Assembly (NCBI RefSeq): GCF_003918875.1
Contig: NW_025764929.1
Location: 186,001-250,000, forward strand
Direction: 5' to 3'
Source: Haliotis rubra
Lineage: Eukaryota
DNA: 64,000 bases
Shown: positions 51,101 to 64,000 of the stretch, in pieces
Layout of the letters: each line of letters opens with the position of its first letter
Position numbering within the stretch: the stretch's first letter is position 1
Notes under the pieces: model-generated
The model's database searches: none
The model's input: only the letters and a program-made list of their open reading frames with translations
Told to the model about the DNA's origin: nothing
Position numbers and translations under genes: made by a program

Positions 51101-52325
51101 AATACAGATGTCACCTGTGTCCAGATCGCGGTGGTTATCAATACAGTTTTCACCTGTGTCCAGATTGCGGTGGTTATCAATACAGATGTCACCTGTGTCC
51201 AGATCGCGGTGGTTATCAATACAGATGTCACCTGTGTCCAGATCGCGGTGGTTATCAATACAGATGTCACCTGTGTCCAGATCGAGGTGGTTATCAATAC
51301 AGATGTCACCTGTGTCCAGATCGAGGTGGTTATCAATACAGATGTCACCTGTGTTCTGATCGCGGTGGTTATCAATACAGATGTCACCTGTCTCCAGATC
51401 GCAGTGGTTATCAGTGCAGATGTCACCTGTGTCCAGATCGAGGTGGTTATCAGTACAGATGTCACCTGTGTCCAGATCAAGGTGGTTATCAATAGGGTTT
51501 TCACCTGTGTTCTGATCGCGATGGTTATCAATACAAATGCCACTTGTCTTCTGATCGCGGTGGTTATCAATACAGATGTCACCTGTCTCCAGATCGCGGT
51601 GGTTATCAGTGCAGATGTCACCTGTGTCCAGATCGCGGTGGTTATCAGTACATATGTCACCTGTGTCGAGATCAAGGTGGTTATCAATACAGTTTTCACC
51701 TGTGTTCTGATCGCGGCGGTTATCAATACAAATGCCACCTGTCTTCTGATCAAGGTGGTTATCAATACAGATGTCACCTATGTCCAGATCGCGGTGGTTA
51801 TCAATACAAATGCCACCTGTCTTCTGATCAAGGTGGTTATCAATACAGTTTTCACCTGTGTTCTGATCGCGGTGGTTATCAATACAAATGCCACCTGTCT
51901 TCTGATCAAGGTGGTTATCAATACAGATGTCACCTATGTCCAGATCGCGGTGGTTATCAATACAGATGTCACCTGTGTCCAGATCGCGGTGGTTATCAAT
52001 ACAGATGTCACCTGTGTCCAGATCGCGGTGGTTATCAATACAGATGTCACCTGTGGCCAGATCGAGGTGGTTATCAATACAGATGTCACCTGTGTCCAGA
52101 TCGCGGTGGTTATCAATACAGATGTCACCTGTGTCCAGATCGCGGTGGTTATCAATACAGATGTCACCTGTGTCCAGATCGCGGTGGTTATCAATACAGA
52201 TGTCACCTGTGTCCGGATCGCGGTGGTTATCAATACAGATGTCACCTGTGTCCAGATCGCGGTGGTTATCAATACAGATGTTACCTGTGTCCAGATCGCG
52301 GTGGTTATCAGTGCAGATGTTACCG
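48115..52325. repeat. 39-bp minisatellite, ~4.2 kb (~108 units)
   Basis: Unit gatgtcacctgtgtccagatcgcggtggttatcaataca. Confidence 0.97.
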
Positions 52326-54285
52326 GAATGGACATTGAAGATGTAAAATGCTCATGTCGTCTGTGTTGTGGTCGAGGCAGTATGTCTGTAAAGTTTTCTA
52401 TTTCTGTGACCTGTCTCCAAATCGTTGAGATATACTGAAGTGGATGTCATGGCGGATCCAGTTTGTTTTCTGAGCGGATGTGACCTGCACTGCGGAAGGA
52501 ATTTTGAACGGAAGATATCGGTCGTTTATCTCAACTGAGATTACCCAAAGTAATCTTAAGGAATGTTTCGTGCTGCCGTGGTTAATATTTTATTTATTTA
52601 AATCCGGATCCAGCTTCCCGACCACTTAATTACCAAGTAACATCTTTTTGCTTATGAAAATTGTTTAGTGACAGATTTATTGTTTGTCATATGTTCCAAG
52701 GCACTGATTTTATAGGTATGGATAACGGATCTTTATATAATCACTTCCTTTGTTTGGGTTGAAATATGTAATATATCTGAAGCCTAATATGTTGTCTTAT
52801 TGGCCGTACTTGTTAAGCATCGGCAATATTAAAGAGAAGGGTATTAAATTTGTAAACAGATTATGTACAATTAAATATAGAAGGGCCGAAAGTGCTCTCC
52901 TTTAAAACTTCTATTATATATTTTACTTTTCATTCATTAGGGACATACTTTTCATTACGACTTTGTGTCCAGTCTGTCAAATCTGTTATCTTAACACAAT
53001 GTCGCCTTTGTAACGGAAAATTTGTTGCTCGTTTGTTTTCTCAATATCTATCAGCTGCTGTATTTAGAAGGATAGATTTTATTCCGTTTCTATTCGCTTT
53101 TTGTTGTTCCCGTAGTCGACAAATGCCTGGAGCTATTTTCCTAAAAACATAAAAAATAGTCCAGTATTTACATTCTGATCATGTGTTGTCAGTGACAACA
53201 TTATTTTCACCTGTGTAAATACTTAGAACAAGGCTGTCAAACATTCATTGGAATAGTTCCAATATATTTCATTCTAAATTTTTTCTTGATTAAAGAAAAT
53301 CATGAATATATGTGAATATTGCCCAAGGCTAGACACCTGTATTGTCGCTATGGCGACTACAGTAATTAGTAAATATGTACTTGATTCCGTTGCTATGATT
53401 GATGAACAACGGTGTAGGTTGATGAGGCCATGTGGTGCAATTCTGTGCCGGCAGTAGGAGTTATACAACTTGTAACATTATATCAACATGTTATAACATG
53501 TGTGTCATGAAATATAGATTACGGTGTTTAGGTGCCAAGTCCAAAAGATATGTGCCCTGGGGCTAGCACTGGATATCGGTATATATAGACCATAGACATC
53601 GAAAATCAATTATCAATAAATATCGGAGACGTACTTTTTAGCAAAAATTCCAAAACTCCCGAAAGAAATGACTATATTTGACATAACTTACAAGCAGGCC
53701 ATGAATTAACTGGCATATTAAGTGAGAAAGTGAAAACTTTTTTCTGTCACAAAAGTTGATGTAGGATATTTTCATATTTTCGATAATGCAATTTTCATAT
53801 CGATAATCATTGATGATTTTTCCAATCAACGATGTTTCTTATTATCGATCATTTTATCCAGCCCTACCAGGAACCTGGTTTTAACTCAAATTTGAGGAAA
53901 TATTGTAGAGTAATTCGCATTTTGGTGAATCCGCATGATCAACAGAATATACATGTACGTTGGTTTAAACATTGCCCACGGGCTTGTCCAGCCAGCCTCT
54001 CTAACTCGTTTCTACCATCTTGATCGCTCTGAAGGGTCATTCACGTGATGGGGGTTGGCAGTAGTCATCTAGAGTCGTTACAAAGAATATAGTTGTTGTC
54101 ATCCTGAAACAATTGTCTTTTGTTCGAGTCGTTTCTAATTAAACATATACTTCATGTCGATAACAGAGCCGATTATCGATAAGACCAAAAATGAAAGGAA
54201 TGGACGTGTTTTTCATCATCTTGAGGGTCATTTTAATACTAGCGGAAGATGATTTTTGTCCAAATTCAGGCATTCCTAACATTCC

Positions 54286-54456
54286 GGGGCGGTGGGGTAG
54301 CCTAGTGGTTAAAGCGTTGGCTCGTCACGCCGAAGATCCGTGTTCGAATCCCCACAAGGGTACAATGTGTGAAGCCCATTTCTGGTGTTCCCCGCCGTGA
54401 TGTTGCTGGAATATTGCTAAAAGCGGCGTAAAACCAAACTCAGTCAGTCAGTCAGT
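54286..54456 (+). mobile_element. SINE family A
   Basis: Full length, TSD cctaacattcc. Confidence 0.9.
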
Positions 54457-55094
54457 CCTAACATTCCGCATTTTATATGTTACTCTTCAATAAGAGTTAT
54501 CTTTCCTTTGCTATGAGAAGACCACGTCCACTACGTAAAATTATTACCGTTTGTTAGTTTCCAAGTTCATGGAATAAGTTTCAAAACATTCCTTCTTGGA
54601 ATTAAATACTCACTCGTATTTCGGTGTCACTGGTTGTCCCCTGTCGCTGTTTGAAAGCAGAGACTATACCATTTATTATATGGTTTCTGCTGAAAGCAAG
54701 ACCATATATTCACAAAGTGGTGTTAACATAATAACAAAGAAAAGCTTGTGACCTCGCCATTTTATATATCGGAAAGATTTAGTTTGAATTTAAGATTGTA
54801 AGATAATGTGAAGCAACTATTTTCACGTTATCAGAAAGGAGATACAGATTTAGATAAATTACAAACATAAAAAATATATCAAGTTGAATGTTTTTGATCA
54901 TTAAATCGATATCTTCTAGCATGGTTGGCGCAGTGACGTCACGCTCTTGGTCGACGCCTACCAGTGTCCACTAAACAAAGGCACTACTTAGATTTCTACT
55001 CATGTTCGATCCCGAATGCCTTAAGTGACATACGATCCAAATCGGTGAATATGGAACAGTAGTTCCACGTATAATGTCATTTCTTCTTTAAGCA

Positions 55095-55330
55095 CCCGTG
55101 AAGATCCGGGTTAGAATTGGTCTTCAGTAACCCATGCTTGTTGTAAGAGACGAGTAACGGGGTCGGGTGGTCAGGCTCGCTGACTTGATTTACACATGTC
55201 ATCGGATCCCAATTGCGTAGATCGATGCTCATGCTGTTGATCACTGGATTGTCTGGTCCAGACTCGATTATTTACAGACGCCGCCATATAGCTGGAATAT
55301 TGCTGATTGCGGCGTTAAACAACAAACCAT
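55095..55330 (+). mobile_element. SINE-like family B
   Basis: Full length, TSD ~ctttaagca. Confidence 0.88.
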
Positions 55331-56699
55331 AATCTTCTCTTTAAGCATATGTTGGGTCAACAGATATAACAAAGCTGATTAGATATGAAGATTATATATA
55401 ACGAGGAGTGGTAGAAGCAGTTAAAAACCATAGGAAACATTCGAAAACATTCCCAGTTCCGGCCTCACGTGGTGGCGATATTGGACGATAGATGGGTCAG
55501 TTATTCTGTCCGGAGCACAAGGTAACAACGCCGTATCTGATATATCGTTTGTTGTTTAACACCACACTCAGCACTATTCCAGATATTTGGCGGCGGTCTG
55601 TAAATAATCCAGCATGGACTAGATAATCCAGTGATCAACGAGTTCATGCAGTTCCAGTCAGCTACCCAGTATGATTGCTGAGGACCCATAATGGTTCTTG
55701 TTATACTGTCTCCTGGTTCACTGTGTGTGTTGAGGGTAGGGGTGGGATGTGGTGGCGGTGGCGAATAGGAGTTGGGGGTAGGGCGGGGTAGCGTAGATGG
55801 TAAAACCTTCACGCTTCATTGTTTGACATCTGTTTGACATAAGTCACTGCGGGTCTTACATGGCAGCCAATGTGCGTGTGAAACTCATTTGCTAAATAGT
55901 GTCCCCTGCTGTTATTGCTGAATGTTTGCTGAATGCTGCGTAAAACAATGCTCACTCACTCCAGGTCCAGTGACTGTTAGTCTCTCTGTCACTGACTGAA
56001 GTTGCATGCGGTCTTGGAGTGCTCAAAATGGGGAAACACTTCTGGTATTCTTGCGTCATCCCCAACCGTTTAACCAGAAGCGTGTCTCATTTGACCAGGA
56101 GAGGGTTGACATTGCGTCAGCAGCATGTGTCTGTTCCCAGTCAGAGCGGCGCACTGTGTAATATCCCATCTGTGCAATGTGTGGTAAACTTACTCGACAT
56201 GGGCGTTATCTAACTGGTTTTATAGGTCGTAACGCATCCGCACCTCTCAGGGGCGATACATCATCCCTGACAACTATTCACAGCTCGACCTAGATCAATC
56301 ACCCATATGTATTTCAAGGCAGTAGAACGATTCTTTCAATCAATATTGAATGGCACCTTATTTTCAAATGTATTTTAATGGATAGGCGGTTTTTGTTTGT
56401 TTGTAGAAACTTAATGTGAAGAAATGACTGAATATAGCTTACGGGAGTACAATTTCCAGTTATTGATTAAGTACAACATTCGTGTACCAAACGTTGCTAG
56501 GTGTGGTTTAACGTTGTTGTATATATACACGCAACAGACCATGGCAGTTCGTCAAAGTCTGGCTCATGTTTCAACTGTCACTAAATTGACAACTGAACTC
56601 ATAAATCTCATCAGCAATTGTTTCGAGTACACTTTTTAATATACGATCTATAAGATGTACAGACATGACGTCCACAGTTGGTTTAGTCCCTGTCGAAAA

Positions 56700-56895
56700 G
56701 AGAGTGAACGAGAGAGAGAGAGAGTGAGAGAGAATAGAGTGAGAGAGAGAGAAAAGAGTGAGAGAGTTAGAGAGAAGAGAGAGTGTGAGTTAGAGAGAAG
56801 AGAGTGAGAGAGAAGTGAGAGAGAGAGAGAAGAGAGAGTGAGAGTTAAAGAGAAGAGAGAGAGTTAGAGAGAGAAGAGAGTGAGAGAGAGAGAGA
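56700..56895. repeat. (GA)n purine-rich microsatellite
   Basis: Imperfect AG repeat. Confidence 0.9.
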
Positions 56896-57599
56896 TGCAT
56901 TGCTTTCTCCCTTGACTTTGAGAAATCGTTTTATCAAATTCCCAAAATGGCGATCCGTTAGAACCGTTGTACCGAACGTTTCGCCTTATACCCCATGTCT
57001 TCCATCCTGGCGGTACCTTCGACCACGGATAGCGGCAGACCTCGGACCAAATCCTCAAATCCATAAGACTCTTACAGTTGTGTACTTTTTCAGCGACGGG
57101 TGTCCATTGTAGACTACTCAAACAAATGAGATTATAGTAAGCTGTTTAAATCTCATATTTATCCAGGAAACTGTTTTTACGAATGTTGGTGTGAGGAGAC
57201 GGAGAAGATCTTTCGCGCAGATTAGATACGACCAGATTAATAACTGACGTTGTCAGACGCAGAAATATATGTACTCAGTGTTCTTTGGGTTTGGTTGCAC
57301 GCTTTTAACAAGATAACAGGTTTAAAGAATATTTTGTTTTGAAATATGATCAAAATGAATGGTATGTTGGCAGTGATAAAAGATGAAAAGGCATTTCTTT
57401 TTGAGAATACTCACATATCAATAGTTTGTGTTAACTAGGAATTAAAGACTTTATTTGATAGTGCTCAGTAAATGAATAGTTTGTTGGATGCTTCTGAAAG
57501 TTATATGGATCCGAAGTTATATGATTTTATTCACCTTATCATCTCCACACATCTATCTACTCACAGCAACGATTTAACACCAATGCCCTAAACGCCCTT

Positions 57600-57930
57600 A
57601 GGGGTCGGTGGGGTACCCTAGTGGTCAAAGCGTTCGCTCGTCACGCCATTGGCCCGGCTTCGATTCCCCACATGTGTACAATATGTGAAGCCCATTTCTG
57701 GTGTCCCCCGCCATGATATTGCTGGTATATTGCTAACAGCGGCGTAAAAACTCCCTCCCTCCCTCACGCACTCTTTAAGCACCCGTGAAGATCTGGATTA
57801 GAACTGGTCTTCAGTAACCCATGCTTACCCAAGAGGCGACTAACGGTTTCCCCCCACATAGGTACAATGTGTGAAGCCCATGTGTGGTGGTCTATTACTA
57901 GAAGCGGCGTAAAATCCCACTCCCTCACTT
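57600..57930 (+). mobile_element. SINE family A followed by a B/A chimeric SINE
   Basis: A copy 57600-57770, B 5' part 57782-57846, joined to an A 3' part to ~57930. Confidence 0.75.
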
Positions 57931-57962
57931 ACGGATTATATTTACATATGAACATACATCTG

Positions 57963-58244
57963 GCCCCGATTTCTCGAAACAAACTTAAGTCTGAGTTTTG
58001 ACTTAAGTCTGAGTTTTTACTCAAATTTGAGAAAACGCAGGAAAATGCATTTCCCAGAATAAACTGAAATCAATATTGAACTCAAACTTAGCAGACAATT
58101 TGAGTTTGGTGGATAGATTACTTAAGTTGTTTGGGCTTTTTTTAGTTAAAAAATGCAGTTGAGTTAAAAATTCAGCTGTTTCAAATTGTCAAACTCAGTT
58201 TGAAATTTGAGTAAAAACTTAAGTTTGTTTCGAGAAATCGGGGC
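57963..58244. mobile_element. PIF/Harbinger-type MITE
   Basis: TIR gccccgatttctcgaaacaaacttaagt, 3-bp TSD ctg. Confidence 0.85.
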
Positions 58245-59464
58245 CTGTACTATCGGAATACGTTCAAGGCTTCACACAAAACTGGCACTCAACATTCAAA
58301 ATCAGAACCCCTTCTTTGACTGTAACTGACTTCAGCATTGTGCTCTTAATGCTGCTGTATTCGTGGTGACTTGCGTGTACCTTCAGTGTTAACTTAGCGG
58401 ATCAACACTGTTAGCCGGGAGTCAAGGCGTTACATGAACATCTTACCGCAAACCGGTTGTGGCGGGATTGTCGCGTGTGTGATAACACTTCATTATACTC
58501 CAATCGGACATAATCGGGTTAAGGTATTTTGTAAGATCTGTATTATGCATCCCTTATTGCAACATTTACCTGTGGCAGCAATATGTTTGTAATCTTGTAA
58601 CGCTAACAACCGAAGCTGTGCTCAGTAGGTTCAGTAAATTCAGTTGTCAGAGTTGTCATTGAACGAGCAACACGCGTGAGTACTGCCTTTCTTAGACATG
58701 ATTGAAGCAGAATTGTTAATAACTACGGATTATTGTACCAGCGGAAAGTAACTTTGCTTCAAACACGCAGTGATACCTGGCTGATGACTATAAGGCTGAC
58801 GAGGGACTGGGGAGAAGTGAAGATGGTTCACATCTCAATCAAAACCGTAACAAGCGTAAGAAGCCAACGTCAACCCATACAAACCCACGTTGTTTGGGTA
58901 TTTGTAGGGAACAGGGTGAGGGCTAATATGTAATATGGTAGAAACGCACCAGCCACTTTGTTAAGATTAATATAGAAGTATTGAACCAGGCAATTAAGAT
59001 GATAAAAGTTTATACCCATGTTTGATTGCAGTCATTCTCCTAGTTTGTCTGGAAGACTTACTTATGCGTTTATATATTTCTGACGTGTTCTGTATATTGT
59101 CTTGTTTCCATTCAACGTAATGTATGCTTATCCCAAAGTCATTCTTATAGTAATCTTGTCCTTGCGTTTATTTAACATTTTTGTAATTATTTTTTCACAT
59201 AAGCTGGTTAACGCTTAAACTATATGCATTGCATATATACACGTATGTGCAAAAAAGGTGGACATGTATGGATATCAAATACTGTATGATGAAGAATACG
59301 ACATTTCGGGGGGTATATTCTTACTCTTTTATCAGGTAAATGTTACAGAAACTGACATCCATACATTTTCCCGTTACTATTAATGCCATTGACATTTTTA
59401 ATTATTTGCGTTATTCCGTAGATTAATCTGTGATTTGTAGATGTACCGCTTCTGACTGTGTGGT

Positions 59465-59648
59465 GTATGCATATGATACGTATGATGTATGCATATGATA
59501 CGTATGATGTATGCATATGATACGTATGATGTATGCATATGCTACGTATGATGTATGCATATGATACGTATGATGTATGCATATGATACGTATGATGTAT
59601 GCATATGATACGTATGATGTATGCATATGATACGTATGATGTATGCAT
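59465..59648. repeat. 22-bp minisatellite (~8 units)
   Basis: Unit atgcatatgatacgtatgatgt. Confidence 0.93.
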
Positions 59649-61217
59649 GTTTTTCAGGGATTTTGTACTGTATAATCATGTTCATGACACGTATAGTGTA
59701 TACACGTGTGTGTACAGCATGCTGTGCATGGTATATGTATGCATATACGTATTTGTGTATCATATATATCTGCCGGGCAGGAGAAAGTATCTCAGTCTGA
59801 CGTGAGGTACCGAGAGGGACAGTTTATAAATAGAATACGCATAACTGTAATAGCTGTAAAGTCTCGGTAGATTTCACACATCGTTACGAAACTGATGATA
59901 GATATCTGTGCTGTTGCAGATATCAGAATATATATTGAGAAAACTAAATCTCTGACTAAACGGAGCTTAAAAATCTAATAGAATCAGTTGCTGTTCGCGA
60001 ATAAATTATGAATCATGATATTCACTTTCGCAGTGAACATTGAGTTCATACACCGCTCCAAGTCAATCAAACTCAAATGGCCATTAGCGTCACACCCTAC
60101 TGGGGTTTGATATGAACGTAAATGTCAAGATCACAACATGTTTTTGTCGGAAAGACAGGAAGGCGATATCGTAAATATGATTATGAGTTATTAGGGATAT
60201 AAGTTTGCGTAGCTCGAGGCGATATGTCCTAAATATGTTGATTGATGATAAGAAAAAAGAAGTAAAAGTCGAGACAAACCAATGATCAAACCACCTGAAC
60301 AATTTAAAAGTCACATTTACCCGATGACAGTGAAATCTGTCGCCAGGGAGAAAAGCAATGGAGCGAACACATCGCCCTGCAGCGACCCTTGCAGCAACGC
60401 AATTTACTAGGCCAGATGTACCATTACGCTACTTTACTTACTGTGATTACGAACTCGATGGAGCATAGCCAATGGAAAAGGCCCTGCAAGGGTGAACAAA
60501 TGGAGTGGCAATTTCTATAATGATATATACCACATTAAGCGAGATATATACTACACACGGATCGATGATAATGGTTGATATTAAGTATATAGCTGTTGTT
60601 ACTACGTATTTATATAATTATAAAATATTTTGACAGATACTTACCAGCGAATATGTATTATTTTATAGAATATAATTATATATTTTTATGGTTTATAATT
60701 TTTATGTAGCCTCACATTAACTGAATAATTATCTCAAAAGTCAAAACATAGCTATTATAAGCATACTCTTTAATATATATGTTTGTATTTACTATGGTGT
60801 GATCTGTAATACTCATAAAATATTTTGATAGTTATATACTGATTGAATAAAACCCATTAAAGGCCCCTTCATATTTCATATTTGTTTTGATAGATGATTG
60901 GTGATCACGCATGGTTGGCAACCATATCTCGGTCCCTGTCTCCCTCTGACACCATTACAGACACAAGCGGGCTGGAGATAAGTCCTGTATCGCCTGACCA
61001 GGATATAACTGTCAATACACCTGTAAGCTTGCACCAGCCAGTGACTGCAGTTATGATAGGAGGACCGAGCATGGTGGAGGAAAGGTGTATGTAATATTGA
61101 ACTCACACTGCCTTTAGATATGGAGCATTTGTGAAGGAAATCTAGGTGTTCTTTGTGTCTTCGGTGGAAGGACTAGTATTTCAAAGAGAGAGAGAGAAGG
61201 TTTTTAACTTTGGGAAG

Positions 61218-62339
61218 ATGGAGTGGTCGGGAGATGCAGATTTGAATTTGGGTTCAATTCCGAGTGATGTTGGATCTGGAAAGGTTGTCAGTGACGTAGG
61301 ATGTGATCTAAACCAAAATGAGGAACGTTGTGATGGTGAAAAGAAAACTTGTCCGGAGGAAGACATGTCGTCCAGTGTTGATATTGAGGTCATTAACAAG
61401 AAAGATGACATTAACCCTAGTCATAAAGAGGATGAAGTTAGTTCCGGAGCATCTGTGAATGGAAACGGCAATCTTTCGAGGAATGAAGGCATGGACGTTG
61501 TCGCCAACGTCGTTTCAATACCAGAGCAACACTGTGAACAAAATGACGCGAAACACGATGTAGAGGTGGATGCCAAACCTGAGTTGACGGAAGCCCCACT
61601 TGAGACCAACAACGACACCGAGAAACAATGTGATCAAGATATTAACGGGAATTCAGCCACAGAACAAGACAATAACCTCTCTCTCAACGCAGCTCCAACA
61701 TCTCTCGCTAAACAAGAATCTAACGGCGTTAAGAAAACCCCAATCAAGAGAACTGCCTCTATACCTACAAAGCTCCCTCTCTCTCGCAATAGCTCCCGAA
61801 CGTCAAGCGGTAACTCTTCCCCAGCGAGCCCTGGTGCAAAACCTCTGTCCAAGAATACCAAAGGGAAACAGGAATCTTTGCTCAATGGGAATAAATCGAC
61901 TGACGCTTCAACGTCAGACAAAGCGAACGGCAATGCTTCACCAGACACCAGCAAACGTGTTCTCAAAAGAAAACCGTCGAAGTCGAAACTGCCTGTAAGC
62001 AGTGGAACGCCATCTGATGTACCAAACACGTCTCCGTTCACAACACAACCCCCTGTACCCGGGAAACAAGCGCCACTTGAGAAATGTCCACCATCACCTG
62101 TAGATGTTAACTCAGGTCCGATCCGGAAAAAGTCAACATCCAAGCTTCCTATCGCAGAATCCCCTCAACCAGCCCCTCCTGCTACATCCACACCGGACCC
62201 AAAGGGGGGTCCAAGTGCTCCTTCAGCACCAGACATACCCCCCATCACTCCCAAGAACGTTACCCAGGCACCGAAGAACGCCATGACCCCAAGAAGGATC
62301 ATTGAGGAAAACGAGGCTTGGAAGGAACAAGTCAAACAG
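61218..62339 (+). CDS. Large Ser/Pro/Lys-rich (disordered) coding exon of an unidentified gene continuing beyond the window
   Basis: 1.2-kb non-repetitive ORF, aagATGG Kozak at 61218, ends at a consensus donor CAG|gtaggt in phase 0 (374 codons). No recognisable domain. Confidence 0.7.
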
Positions 62340-62647
62340 GTAGGTGTTTAACGTTACTTTCATATATATATATATATATAATGTATAAATCCACATACAC
62401 TAGAACCAGATGCACATGTCGATTTTGAACGTTTACATTTTTACGTATACCGCACTGCACAAACTCCTGTTCGTATGAATTAATGACATGCAGATGTTGT
62501 ATCGGCATACAAAGAAACATCATATACGCAGTTGCTTTGACAAACGTTTTGGAATATGACATCATAGCTCAAAGAGAATTAGTCGGGCCAACATTGTTTT
62601 GATTTAAGGACTTATTGTATGATAGTAATGCCCTTGAGCTTTTTAAA

Positions 62648-62890
62648 CCCGTGAAGATCCTGGCTAGAATTTGTCTTCAGCAACCAATGCTTAGCGTAAG
62701 AGGCGACTAAGGGGATCGGGTGGTCAGACTCGCTGACTTGGTTGACGCATGTTATCGCATCCCAATTGCGAAGATCGATGTTCATGATGTCAATCACAGC
62801 ATTGTCTGGTCCAGAATCAGTTACTTACAGACCGCCTTCATATAGCTGGGAAATTGCCAAATGCGGCGTTAAACACCAAATAAACAAACA
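62648..62890 (+). mobile_element. SINE-like family B
   Basis: Match to family B. Confidence 0.82.
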
Positions 62891-63841
62891 AATTTGTGTT
62901 TTTGTAAAGATTCTACAAACAGTTACTTGGGATGAGGGAAGTGAAACAATTCTTCAAATTCAGTAGATAGTACGCGTAAAATATTTGTCAGAATGAGCGA
63001 CCACCAGGGAACATACGTCCAGTGCCGTAACAATACGTTTGTTCAGTGCTCACACTATCAACCACTGGTTTGCTTACATGCACAACTTGTTTTACAGACC
63101 GCCACAACATAGCTTTAATCTGTCTAAAACTGCTATGTAAAACCCTTGAATACTTGTGTGTGTCGACAGGGACAGAGTTTGTCACAAGAAGAACTAGAGA
63201 TAAAGCTACAATATTTTCAAAGTGTAGCTCAGTTACCTCAACACTTATCCTTGATATATTGAATTTTTAATCCAAACGCGAGCAACAACTATATAACTGT
63301 ATACACCATCATGTCCAAATAGCTACAGGCAAAGATTAAGATTAAAGTAGCTCTACATGTGGCCTTAAACTTATTCTTTCTGTTAGAGATCAGATTTTAA
63401 TGAGATTTGAAACCTCAAATTCATCAATCAGAATGGATCGTTTTTCCACATTCTTATCGAACACAGTGCTGGGTGTTTGAACCAGAAAGCGTCCTGGTTC
63501 ACGATCCGTGTTCATGAACTACGATTAAGTGCATCGTGCAGCTCAGTGCGAGATGTGACTGCTATTGTTAACATATCCCTATCACGAAGCTCCACTGATG
63601 GTACAAACACAGTTAATGTAAGAATAACTGTGCGTACCACGAATACATTAGATAACAGTATGTGATAATGGCACATGTACAGGCGGCAGGGTGCACACTA
63701 CTGGTGATAACCTGAAACCCAGGTAGAGTTTGGCCCTCTCCATCACCTCGTCATGACACCTGTGTCTACTAATAACAATCACAGACTTATCTGAAGTATT
63801 TATACACTACACTGTGTATATAACAAACAACCTTATAACTA

Positions 63842-64000
63842 CTGACTGACTGACTAAATTTGGTTTTACGCCGCTTTTACCAATATTCCGGCAACATCAC
63901 GGCGGGGGACACCAGAAATGGGCTTCACCGTGGTATTTTTCTGTGGGGATTCGAACCCGGGTCTTCGGCGTGACGAGCCAACGCTTTAACCACTAGGCTA
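63842..64000 (-). mobile_element. SINE family A (runs off the window)
   Basis: Match to family A. Confidence 0.85.

Noticed and set aside
48051-52438. Many 260-620 aa ORFs on both strands
   Set aside because: They are translations of a 39-bp tandem unit that lacks stops in several frames. There is no unique N- or C-terminus or splice context, and 40-bp units break the frames.

Overview
AT-rich, intron-containing animal genomic DNA. It is most likely a marine mollusc (an abalone-like SINE and minisatellite landscape; this is inference only). Host genes: a divergent heparan-sulfate 6-O-sulfotransferase (- strand, 2 coding exons), delta-tubulin TUBD1 (-, 3 coding exons), MRPL50 (+, 4 exons, head-to-head with TUBD1), and a large Ser/Pro-rich exon of an unidentified gene (+, 61218-62339). 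The rest is tRNA-type SINEs, two nested RTE-X-like LINE 3' ends, two decayed Tc1 elements, a piggyBac relic, MITEs and many minisatellites. The main finding is a complete 8,135-bp P-superfamily DNA transposon (24188-32322; 32-bp imperfect TIRs, 7-bp TSD GTTACAC) that splits a SINE upstream of the TUBD1 coding exons. It carries two interleaved, oppositely oriented spliced genes. One is a THAP-less DDE transposase that stops before the usual P C-terminal domain. The other is an intact antisense 431-aa gene with a C2H2 finger plus a domain resembling that missing C-terminal region (IAG...RGGL..P). This suggests a split, two-component P transposase. Single-base indels in TUBD1 and MRPL50 point to an imperfectly polished assembly.
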